Below are positions 23,691 to 35,076 of a stretch of DNA of 64,000 nt, piece by piece (the first letter of the stretch is position 1; every line of letters starts with the position of its first letter). The stretch covers positions 620,001 through 684,000 of the forward strand of contig RSEE01000013.1 of the NCBI GenBank assembly GCA_003971905.1, in the 5' to 3' direction. Under the pieces are notes generated by a model, which was not told the DNA's origin, did not search any database, and saw nothing but the letters and a program-made list of their open reading frames with translations. The stretch comes from Moniliella sp. 'wahieum'. Lineage: Eukaryota. The position numbers were made by a program, and so were the translations under genes.

Positions 23691-24570
23691 ATGGCCGAGT
23701 CCAACTACGACTTTCTCTACAAGGTCGTCCTCGTCGGCGATGCCGCCACCGGTGCGTTCCCTTCCGTCCTTGCTCCTCCGCGCTCTGCTGTGGCTGACAG
23801 CGCGCCCGCTCTGCTGCAGGCAAGTCCAACCTCCTGACGCGCTTTACGCGCAACGAGTTCAACCCCGACTCGAAGAGTACGATCGGCGTCGAGTTTGCCA
23901 CCCGTAGCGTCGCTGTCCAGGACAAGGTGATCAAGGCCCAGATTTGGGATACAGCTGGCCAGGAGCGGTACCGCGCTATTACTCTCGGCCTACTATCGCG
24001 GCGCGGTAGGTGCGTTGCTTGTCTACGACATCTCCAAGCACCAGTCCTACGTCAATGTCGCCCGCTGGCTCAAGGAGTTGCGTGACCAGGCTGACAGCAA
24101 CATTGTCATCATGCTCGTCGGGAACAAGAGTGATTTGAAGCACCTCCGTGCTGTGCCCACTGAGGAGGCTCAGGCATTCGCTAGTACGTCCCCTCCCGAT
24201 CTGCTATCCGGTTTCCAGTTTGTCGTCCGGTCTTACCTGACTCACCCTCTGCTCTTAGCGGAAAATGGACTTTCGTTCATTGAGACGTCGGCCAAGGAAG
24301 CCTCCAATGTCGAGTCTGCGTTTCAGAACATCATTACCGGTACGCCCCCCCCCCCCCCCCCCCACCTTTCCTCCTCTGCGCGCGACCCTCTCCTGTCTTA
24401 CGTCCTAATCGCTAATCGCTTTCTATCTGCACACAGAGATTTACAACATCGCCTCCAAGCAGACCTTACAGGATTCGGGCAGCGGGATTAAGCCCACTGG
24501 TGGAGAGACGATCACAGTGCAGCCCAGTGCCAACGATGGTGGTTCGGACGCCAAGTCGGGGTGCTGCTAA
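23691..24570 (+). CDS. RAB11: Rab11/Ypt31-family small GTPase (3 introns)
   Basis: [69 protein letters not shown]-terminal GCC* prenylation motif. Confidence 0.95.
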
Positions 24571-25392
24571 CGGTTTTGATGCTGGCTTTGTTTTTTTGGC
24601 TTGACTTTCTCTCCTTTCTACTAAGGAATCTACCGCTCCCCCTATTGCTCGCAATGGCCGTTGTTGTATGACAGGCAAATGACCTGGACCAGAATGCTGG
24701 ACACGTTGAAATGACGAGGGAAGGCGAGAAGGGCGAGAGGGTGGAGTGATGTAGTGGCACGGACACGCCACGATTACGCTATGCTATGACAGTGCCGCAG
24801 GGGTACTTCTCTGGTCCTAACACTCAACACCACCACCTTCATCACTCAACCATCACTCAACACTCGACATAAGTGGATGAGGAGGGTGGGCGGATGGGAT
24901 TCTGAGGTGCCCGGAACGGGATCTGAGTCGCTGAGCCTGCGCCGACAGCAGTCGTGGTTGTCACCTGGCTTCCCCCCGCGTCGGCTTCTCCCCACCGCGG
25001 CGTTCCTCGCCGGCGGTGCGCGGTGTGGCGTACTGGCAGTAGACCCAGTAGTAAGCCCTAAGCCCGGCGGGCGTAGCCGGCGTAGGCGCCTTGGATGGAT
25101 GGGGGCGCCGCCGCTCGCTTCCACTGCGTGGGGCCCAGGAGCCCAACAGCACCCGCACCGCGCCAGTATAGGTGGTGCGCCCGCGCGAGCACTTCTCACT
25201 GCCCCCGTGCCTTGCCCTGCCGTCGCCTGCGCCCCCCCGCCCCGGCCTGCTTCCACTTAAACCCCCCGCGGGCTTCCCTCCATCCACGACCCACCACCAC
25301 CACCACCGCTATTATCACCCCCACCGCCATCCGCATCACTTCGCACCCCCATACCCATACCCACCTACCCCACCCTCCTGCTACCCTAAACC

Positions 25393-26807
25393 ATGCGCGA
25401 GATCGTTCACCTCCAGACTGGCCAGTGCGGAAACCAAGTCGGCACCAAGTTCTGGGAAGTCTCTCGGACGAGCACGGCATTGACTCGACTGGCAACTACA
25501 TCGGCAACAAACGACCTTCAGTTGGGCGGATCGATGTGTATTTGTACGTATCCCTACTCGCCTCTCCCTACGATCCTTGTGGTTAACGTACCCCCCCCCC
25601 CCCCACTGACCTTCCGCCCACGCCACACAACGAGGCGAGCAACTCCCGCTTTGTCCCCGTGCCGTCCTGGTCGACCTCGAGCCGGGCACGATGGATTCCA
25701 TTCGCTCTGGACCTATGGGCGGCCTTTTCCGTCGGACAACTTTGTCTTTGGTCAGTCAGGCGCTGGCAACAACTGGGCCAAGGGCCACTACACTGAGGGC
25801 GCTGAGCTGGTGGACTCGGTGCTTGATGTGGTGCGCAAGGAAGCAGAAGGGTGCGAATGCTCCAGGGCTTCCAGATCACCCACTCGCTCGGCGGTGGAAC
25901 GGGGTGGGTATGGCACCCTGCTCATCTCCAAGATCCGCGAGGAATTCCCCGCAGCATGATGGCCACTCTCCGTTCTTCCTCCCCCAAAGTGTCCGAACCG
26001 TGGTGGATAGCCCTACAACGCAACTCTCGGTGCACAGCTGGTGGAGACCGGACGAATCGTTCTGCATTGAACGAGGCGCTGTACGATATTTGTTCCGCAC
26101 GCTCAACTCAAGGCCCCCGGGTACGACGACCTGAACCACCTTGTGTCGCTTGTCATGTCCGGTATCACCACCTGCCTCCGCTTCCTGGGCAACTTAACTC
26201 GGACCTGCGCAAACTCGCGGTCAACATGGTCCCTTCCCCCGCCTTCACTTCTTTATGGTCGGATTTGCCCCACTCACTGCTCGGGCAGCCAGCAGTACCG
26301 TGCTGTGACCGGCCGGAGCTGACGCAGCAGATGTTTGAGAGCAGAACATGATGGCCGCTGCCGACCCGCGCCACGGCCGTTACCTTACAGTGGCTGCTTA
26401 CTTCCGTGGCAAGGTGTCAATGAAGGAAGTGGAGGATCAAATGCAAGCCACCCAAGCCAAGAATGCGGCGTACTTTGTCGAATGGATCCCGAACAATGTC
26501 CAGACCGCCCACTGCGACATCCCCCCCACGGGCACGAAGATGGGGTGACGTTTATTGGCAACTCGACGGCGATCCAGGACCTGTTTAAGCGCATTTCGGA
26601 ACAGTTCTCTGCCATGTTCCGCCGCAAGGCTTTCCTCCACTGGTACACCTCCGAAGGAATGGACGAACTCGAGTTCACCGAGGCCGAGTCCAACCTCCAG
26701 GACCTGGTGTCCGAGTACCAGCAGTACGCCGAGGCTGGCATCGACGTCGACGAGACGAAGAGTACTTGGAAGAGGAGGGCGAGTACGAGGCGGAGCCGGA
26801 GGCTTGA
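25393..26807 (+). CDS. TUB2: Beta-tubulin (many single-base frameshifts)
   Basis: [80 protein letters not shown]; acidic tail. Confidence 0.97.
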
Positions 26808-27065
26808 TTCCTTGTTTTGTGTTTTTCTCCTTTGCCCCCACCACACACCCAGTCCTTTGGCCTCACGGAAACAAAGATTGCTGCTGCTCCATTATCATTC
26901 TTCTCGGTAATGTTAGCGCAGAGTATAGGGCAATGTTAGGAGAAAGTCCGTCTGGATTTAGGCATGAACCATGAACGTCCCGTCCGCAAGGAGTTGCGGG
27001 CAGAAGTGATGCTCACAGCAGTAAACAGTAAACAGTAAATAGACTGTTGAATACGTTGAAAGTTG

Positions 27066-27262
27066 AGCCACTAGCCCGGTGGCTCGTGTGTTAGTGGCCA
27101 AAACAGTTTTCTCCCTGTTTTCCTTGTTCCGCAGCTCAGCCCCTGGTGGCGACTAGTACCTGTTTGATGTTCCTCTGTAGGTGTTTCTGGCTTGCAAAGG
27201 CTACCACCTCCACCAGTGCGATTGCATTGCCCTCGAGGACCATCAGGACTCCAGGTCTCATC
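27066..27262 (+). mobile_element. Repeat copy A (probable LTR portion), inverted relative to copy B at 33884-34127
   Basis: Shared blocks GGTGGCTCGTGT, GTTTTCCTTGT.CCGCA.CT.AGCCCCTGG.GGC.ACTA, TTGATGTTCCTCTGTAGGTG, CCCTCGAGGACCATCAGG, TCAGGACTCCAGGTCTCATC. Confidence 0.8.
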
Positions 27263-27699
27263 AGAGTTACAACTCTTCTCGCTCATTCAGTGAGCAACGG
27301 TCATCACCTCGCCGCGCTCCCCATCCCCATCCCCCCCCTCTCTCGTATTTCGTCAACGTGAGCGCCACTGCGAACGCTACCCCTCGGCCTTCAAACCTGG
27401 AGTGGGTCGACGAACAGCTTCCGTTTGCTTTTCCTACTGAAGGAATTACCTTCGAACGTGCTTCTCAACTGGCCAGGAACAGCTCGGCCAGTACCAAACC
27501 CTTTGCCATGTTCTTGAGGGGCAATAGCTTTGGTGGCCACCAAAGGCGACAGCGATGAACCTGGTTTTCAGAACCATCTACGACCTCTCTCAGCCCAGCT
27601 CTCATCCCTCGAACGGAAATCGTGAAAATGGCCGGTGATCATCCAAAGCGGGTCCCCAGCGTCTGGGCTTCCAGACGGCTGTCGCACGTCACTGAACGA

Positions 27700-28990
27700 A
27701 TTGCGTGGCACCTTCCGCGGTATTTTGCTGGATTTTCGCGATCCATCTTGGTTCTCCTCTTCTTCCCACAAACAATCCTCCGAACGGCTGAATCAGTGGA
27801 TCCTGTCCTAACTCCACGACAGGTCGTCTCACCTTTACCTGCCGTGGAAACGCTCCCTGCCGTCGCTGTTTCATCTTCTCCAATCGACGATGAGATCATA
27901 TCTTTGTTGACAAGGTTCAGCTCCATTATGTCTGCGGAGTGTCTCGTGGACGTGGCCCAGAATACGTGGGTGAAGTGGGCGTATCCCTGCCATGGCTGTT
28001 CTTGACAAGGCCGTTTCCGCAAAGCAATTTTGACTGAAGTTACTTCGTCTGGGTCTACACTGCCGTACCCAGCGCCACAGATCTGGAAAGGCCATCGATG
28101 ATCTCCAAGATTGATCGACTGTGGTCTCCGTTGGAGCCAGGTATTGCAATGATCATGCCGTTCGGGCATTTGGTGCGGTCCTTGGCGTCCAGGCTTATAC
28201 GGCCTTGTATCAACGCAATCGTGACAACGGGACAGACCCAAAGACTTTAACTGCTTTGTCCAATCTTACGACCGCCTTCACGACGTGGACAAGTTTAACC
28301 AGGACAATCTTTTTGGCCATGGATTGCCAGCATCTTAACCGCTATGGAACTAGCTGTCAAGGGATCTCGGGAGATCATTGAATTGGGACCTGCCGGCGCA
28401 CACTATAAAGCTGGTCTAGACGGCAAATTGTTCGATATCCTTTATGCTCAGCTCCACCGTTCTGTCCATGAATCGCTTAGTGAGGCTAACATGCCTGCTC
28501 TTGCATCCTCACTCTTTGCCCTTCTGCGACAAAGATACGGCCACTCCTCACCCCAAGAGAAGCTTTCCACCATATTGGCACTTTTTCAATTGACAATGGG
28601 GTCACGGACTGGAGCTCAGTTTGTCGAACGACATCTTCAATTGGTCCACCGGTCAACTTGTTACTCACTCTCGCCCTGTGGATCCTGAGCTCCTCCGTCT
28701 GGCGGTAATCGTGGCAGTGGAAAAAGTGGATGCTGATCTCGCACGACGGGAAACATACGAGGACCTTTTGATGCTGGTTGCGGATCATGGCCCTGTGAGC
28801 CACAAATCGTCTCCGTCGAGCGCTTCAACGCGAGGGAGTGCTCCACACGGTGGGGCGTCTCGAAGGGGAGATTCTCTCGCGTGGCTACCACCTCTTCTGG
28901 CGGTGGCAGTATCTCTCGCGGTACCAACAGCAGCTAAGCCGGAAGTACCGCCGGGGTTGACCTGGAAGTACCGTCACCTCTTCTACTGAC
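27700..28990 (+). pseudogene. Degenerate gag-like ORF of an LTR retrotransposon (Ty1/copia-type pattern)
   Basis: LASSLFALLRQRYGHSSPQEKLSTILALFQLTMG..AQFVERHLQLV resembles the copia gag (Retrotran_gag_2/UBN2) pattern; lies just downstream of repeat copy A; no pol motifs seen. Confidence 0.45.
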
Positions 28991-29343
28991 CCTCGCGGGA
29001 CTGCCCTTTGGGCTGCCAGTAACTTGGTTCTCACCCAAGTCATCGCCGGCTGCAGCATCTTTTCTGGTGAGTGAACCGGTGTTTTGCTTTTCGTTCCCAC
29101 GCGTACCCCCCATCGGATGTTTCTGTCAAATCCCCATTCTCGGTTGCGGGCGCTACGACGTCTACACTTCCGTCTTCCCCGTCTCGTGACTAGGACTGCG
29201 CGGGAAGTACTTCGGCAGCCATCCTCCCTGAGCAACATGATTCGGGCGCGTGTCCGCCTGTCTTCAAAGATAAGAACATATTTACTTTACTCCATCCTAT
29301 AGTCATGCTTTTCTATAGTCCTTACAGATAGAAGGGTCGTACA

Positions 29344-29807
29344 TGTAACGGTGTGGCCTCCCGGGCGATGACAACCTCGCCCGACGGGGGCACAAAGGGG
29401 AGCCTGCCCTCTGGCTCGTCAGGCAAGGGGACCAGTCATAGGCCCGAAGCACGAGCTTCGTACCCAAGAGGCGTCCTCCCCTCTGCCTTCCTAGCGATAG
29501 CGTTCCTAAGCTGAGTCCTGGAGAAGGCGGCGCTGAGGGTGGACGTAGGACAAGACAATTGGTCGCTTGCCTCCATGCATTCTTAGTACAGAGCGGGTCT
29601 TTATATAGGCAGGCAAAGGCCCGCAAGTCGTACAATAGGCAAGCGGCCTGACTGTGGTCTGTTGGAGACCACGCGGCTGATGGCTCCCGCCGATCTGCAC
29701 GCGCGGAACATCGGCGATCGAACTGATTAGAAGCCAAGAGCGAACGATAAGCAGCGGCGGCGCCAACGGAAAATTTCCGGTGGCTGTGCTGCGCATCGCC
29801 CCTGACA
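29344..29807 (-). mobile_element. Solo LTR (464 bp) with perfect 5-bp TSD
   Basis: GTACA|TGTAACGG...CCCTGACA|GTACA; internal TATATAAA on the minus strand (orientation inferred from this only). Confidence 0.85.
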
Positions 29808-32525
29808 GTACAAGCCAATAGCGCTGTCTCTCTCTATATCCATACCGGCACCGGTCCTCCCATATCTCTAACCCCTTCATTTGTGGTTCTTTTCCTTATA
29901 ATCTGGGGTAAGTGGGTACCAACTCTGTGGATGGCCGCGGAATCGAGAGTGTGGTGGGACAAGTCATACTATATCTGTGCCGCAAAGATGACATGCCCCG
30001 CCTTGTTACGGACGCAATCTACAAATGTTTCTTGAACCCCTTCCCCTCTCTGTATCACCTCCCGAAAGTGCCCATTCATTGGACCCTCTACCGTTTTGGA
30101 CAAGGTCCACCGAATCCATGAGCAGGGAACCATATTTCGCTTGACGGCAGCTTCCGCCGGCACTTAACAGAGCTTCCCTGTCTTTAACCCATCTCGTGTT
30201 TTTCTTCAAGACGACCGTTCGACCCCACTAGCATAACTGCATTACTGCTCTGTCTTTTCGAAGACAAGATGTTCTATTCTGTTGAGGATGATTTCACGGC
30301 TACCACCAAGCTCCTCACCATCGGGACCACGCAGGCGCCCATTTGTTCTTCAATGTCGTGATATACAAACAGCTCGCCATGTCAGCAGTCTCGCCCACTA
30401 GTGCTTTGTTCTCGTTCGTCAAATTGGTCGCATATTGCATCGGTCATGATGGCCAGTCGCATTCATGGGGTGTTTCATTTACAAGAATGCTCTCTTCAAC
30501 AACACCTCTCAAGAGTAGTATTCACCCCCCTGTTCGCATGGCCCCGTTGCACTCGGGTACACCAAGGAAATATAGTTATGTATATTGCCCAAGTTCATTT
30601 ATCCAGAAACTATCATCATATGGTGATGTTTCAGCTACCATTAATAGACACTGAACCAAGCGAATCCAACTAACTGCAATATTCAGTTATATGAGTAAGA
30701 AAAGGCTTGCAATGTCCTTTCAAATGTCGCCCGCGCAGTGGTAGCTTGGGTGAAGACAAAACCAATAATTTCGCGGGTTGAAGCATGCATAAAACAGACA
30801 CAAGGTTGTGGTGACACAAGAACTGACAGATGGGTAGCACCTACAATAAGATATGAATTCGTAACCTACCAACCCAAGCCTTCGTCAGAGAGAGATCGCT
30901 CTGTGTTTGAATTGGCGGCATCCGCATTCTTTTAGATATAACTGGGAGTACGGGACAATTCGGCGGGTACCCAGCCTATCTTCCCCGCTCTGTTTCTTTA
31001 ATGAACTTTCAGTATTACCAATGGGTCGGGAACACAGGTCAATCGCATCAGCGTAAAAATAGCTTACTTCAAAAGTGATAACGGCAAAGGAACCACAAAC
31101 ATATGCCTGAGCGGATTGAGGAGAGGGGCCACCAGAATAGGGGCGCATAAATTCTTACGTGGGGGTGATACTTGTTAAAGCGCGAGAGACGTTGTAAGAG
31201 GAACAAAAACATTGACTTTCAGACTCATATCCGTCGCCGGATCATTGTTAATTCTACGTTACGACCGTATACATGATAAAACAATGATACATTCGATGCA
31301 ACGCAATACATTAGCTGCAAAGCGAATCTGGCTCAGGACGTTATATTAGTAGACCTAGCCTGATTTCTAATTTATAATTGAATACCACTTGTAACTTAAC
31401 TGCACTTCATTACCCAACTGCCGCGCGTACAACCAAGAGATGATGATCTATGGCCAAGTGTGGCCAGCTTATAAGAGGGGATGGTGAATAGTGGAATGCG
31501 AAAAGGGCTCAAGCGACGATCACATTACGAACTTGATTGAATAATCGGAAGCACCCACCCCAGATCCTTGAAGCCTCCCCAAACAATCCATAATATTTTG
31601 ATTTACAGCTGGAAGGGAAAGCAGCTAAATCGCGTCTTGGAAAGCAGCCCTGATCCTGGCGATACCATTAAGATTTCTATATACTACCAGGTCCTCAGGT
31701 GTGTTATGTAGCACCTTGTGTTCGTTTGTACATCGGCCAATGGCTGGGAATAACTGCTACGAGAATTTCCTCCATTCCTTTCAGGCTTCGTATTCTTCAG
31801 CCAAAGTCCACGTCCTCATGAAAAAACTCACCAAATGGAGTGGAGTAAAATGAAACCAAAGTAGTATGTGACCTGGCCGAAATGCACCAGCAAGCGTCTG
31901 CCGATTTGATGGCCCCCAACATCGATGAGAAAAATTTATCCGCATGTGCAGTGGCTTGTGGGATCCGCAAAAAAGTCACTGTGACGCCACAAACACTACA
32001 CAGCCTTAAGGGCTATCTCCCTTCCAATGATCGCGGAGCAATTGCAAGTGTCATTGAGAAAAAAATCCGAATTGGGACTTCGCCCATGGCTACTACAAGA
32101 CCATGATTTAAGGCGATCTCCCTTGGAGCTGGGCATTCCGGCTGTGGTTGATCGAGCTTGAACACTGTTGGCCTGAGGTAGAGTCGAGGTGAGTTCACTT
32201 AATCGGGAAGGTCGTGTATGGATCGGCAACTAAGACTAGCCTGTGGGTTAATCGATAATCCCTGTTGGATGACTGAGAAGATGACGCAGAGGTGTCGACA
32301 GGGTGGACAGAACACAACTCAACAATCTCTTAATCGCAGCGGGATCGGTATGGATGAGACGTGACTGAAATTTCGACCGGGCAAGATATGTCCGCGGTCG
32401 AGTGGAAACAACTTGAGGGCTACAACAGGTCTGTGGGGCCGATGGCAACATGCGGGGAGGAGCATGCGCGTCACCAGTTAACTCAAGAAGAGAGAGATTG
32501 GGAAAAGGATGTTGACACAAACATC

Positions 32526-32877
32526 TGAAGAACCAAATGATCCGCTATAGTGGGATAACACGGAAGTATTCATAAGTACACACTGTGTGGGATCTACGAA
32601 ACGAACATATAGCCGCAACGCAACTCAAGAAAGGGTATAAAGGAGTGAAGTCAGGAGCCCTGAGATATTATGAGTTCGGCTCAAGCGCTGGGAAAGTTCT
32701 CAACACTTAGATCCAACTAGGGAACCTTTCACTAGTTGATCTGTGCTCCTTTATAGAGCTTTTTGCCTTTGTTCTTCCTCATTCTACTACACGTGTATAT
32801 TGTTTCCTTAACGTTCCTGTCTGTATAGCCTTTGTTATACTATGTTCTTCAAGTCCCCAGCGGGTCATTGTGTAACA
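32526..32877 (+). mobile_element. Solo LTR (352 bp) with perfect 5-bp TSD
   Basis: ACATC|TGAAG...TGTAACA|ACATC; internal GGGTATAAAGGAG TATA box at ~32633. An alternative boundary TGTTG(32510)..CAACA(32880) with an upstream purine tract is also possible. Confidence 0.7.
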
Positions 32878-33883
32878 ACATCTCATTACGAATCCATCCT
32901 TAACCGGGCCACCAGGCAACACCAGTGTTACTCCCTAATTCACCAAGAGTCCCGCCGACCTGCTCTAGCAGCCACCTCTTCGTCTTCTCGAATTCCTTCG
33001 ACAATAAGGTATCTGCTTCACCGTCAATCTCCCTCCAGCTTTCAGTGTCCGCTATACGTATCCCACTGGGTCCTACAAGAGTTGAGTTGTTCTGTGACAG
33101 GACCTGTCCGACTGAGTGTCTTTGTCTACATCAACCTTCCGGCCGACCTTTCATGGTCCTTCTAGTACGTCAAGATGAACGCCGCCAGTCCTGCTTGTTC
33201 CGGAGCATAGTATGTGACCTTTTGCCGCGCGAGCAGACGCCCAATTGAGATGCCTCACTTATCTTGCTCCGTTCGAATCCGTCACTAGCGTTCAAGCTCG
33301 ATACCGCCAGTACTAAATGGTCTCTCCTCCTCCAACTGAGAAAGCAAAATCGTGGGTTGGGTTCCAGTTCGGAGCCCGCGCCCATGCAGGGTAGAGTCTC
33401 CGAGACCTCTCGCAGTGAAGAACAAAAAAGGGAATATATGAGAGGAAAGTACCTTTTTTGGTGAAAATAAAACGCACTTAGTTGATTTGTCACGGGCTGC
33501 GGCGGACTCGAGATGGCCCGACCCGAGCTAAGGCCTACCTGCTCCACACATGCCCACTGTAGAGCGTGCTCCGCAGGCCAACCAAGTGTGACGGTTGACT
33601 AAATGAAGTACCGTGGCTCGAAGGGCCATGCTCCGCGCGGCAATAGTCGCCCCCCGGCTAGTCTAGAAACAATAGTCCCCAGATCCGGACGTTCAGCATT
33701 GACGTTCACCACATTCACCCCAAAGCTGATGCACTCCCTTGCTTATAATTGCGTCCATGCTACGCGACTAAAGTAAAAATAAAGTAGGGACCAAAGACAC
33801 AACGCACATGTGCCGGTCAGTGACCCTGGCGATTCACCACTTAAAAGGGGAGCTCTGAAATTGTATAACTTATAAATGAAATC

Positions 33884-34127
33884 GATGAGACCTGGAGTCC
33901 TGAAGCCTGATGGTCCTCGAGGGTGAGGTAACTTCACACTGGTGGTGGCGGTGGTCTAAGCCGACCAGCACCACCTACAGAGGAACATCAAGCAGCTATA
34001 GTTGCCGCCAGGGGCTAAGTTGCGGCACAAGGAAAACGAGAGAAAACGACAGAACTCTTATAGGCACGGCTGTTGAGGAGGAACTGAAGGGGCGTTGGCC
34101 AATAAAACACGAGCCACCCGGTGGCTA
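33884..34127 (-). mobile_element. Repeat copy B (probable LTR portion), inverted relative to copy A
   Basis: Reverse complement aligns to 27066-27262, with an extra ~40 bp containing CCTATAAGAG. Confidence 0.8.
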
Positions 34128-34429
34128 AACAGGCTCGATCCAGATTGCACACATCGAAAAGGGAACAAGCTCCGTCCAGACGAGAGCCATCCTGTTCTTG
34201 ACATATATGGTAGACACAACGGCCTAGACCAAAAGGAGGGGGGGATGGAGTGTGGGGGTTCGGCCGGGCCCGCCCACCCTTGTTCTTGTCGCGACGTTCC
34301 ATTGACAGCCGCAGCCAAGGGGACATATGATGGGATCATATGGGTGCGAAAGTAGGCGAATAAGAGCATTGCTGTTGGACTTGGAGTTGGGATGAAAAAG
34401 GAGCAGAGCCATTGTGATCACCGTGTAAC

Positions 34430-34517
34430 GGTTCCATATTGTAGTTGGTTAGCAAGTAGGATTCTGATTCACTTAGATTACCTTCCTGAAACCTGGGTTC
34501 GAATCCCAGTGGGACCT
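34430..34517 (+). tRNA. tRNA-Gln(CTG) with a 15-nt intron (34468-34482)
   Basis: Acceptor GGTTCCA/TGGGACC, anticodon stem TAGGA/TCCTG with loop TT-CTG-A, T-arm CTGGG TTCGAAT CCCAG, followed by an oligo-T Pol III terminator. Confidence 0.95.
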
Positions 34518-35076
34518 TTTTTTGCTGTCCATGCCTTGTTCCCCATGTTCCCCCTGTTATCGACACGTTGAGCTCAGTGTGTAACATGCAACGCGCAAAA
34601 GGAGCGACGGCGAATGTGGATTTAAGAGAGCCCTCCTGCACCGCTATAGAATGACTGATGACTCGATGACTATAGTGATCGTGAAGCTTGATCAAGCTAA
34701 GAGAGTGTTTTTCTTTTACTTTTGATTGGCTTCTTTTGCTGCGCCACAGCTACGCCCACCACGCACCCCCACAAAAACCTGTGTGGGTGGACTCGCCCCG
34801 CTCGCTAGTGCAGCCATCAGCGCATCAGCTACATTTAACGTTCAACTTCGTAGCTTCAAAAGGCGCGGGCACACTCTTAAAGCATCTCTTCGCCCGCCTC
34901 TACCCCTTTCCCCTCCTTCCTTCTCTTCGTTCATACCTTTTCGCATCCCCGGCCACCCGCGCAAGGCGGGAAAAAGAGCCGACGTGCAAATGCGTATTCT
35001 CCGAACGCAGTCCACCGTGCTGCCACGGCGCTCGCCGCCGCCACAGCACCTCCCTCGGTAAGCCTCCTGGACACGG

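Noticed and set aside
25393..26807. Beta-tubulin (and RPS14, LUC7, ILV6, SFI1 etc.) as pseudogenes or programmed-frameshift genes
   Set aside because: Single-base indels affect most genes in the window, including essential ones, while the residues stay conserved. Uncorrected long-read error is the simplest explanation.
31628..31745. Minus-strand peptide HNTPEDLVVYRNL resembling an ADP-ribosyltransferase YR motif
   Set aside because: Short, bounded by stops, with no STS or catalytic Glu motif visible; probably chance.
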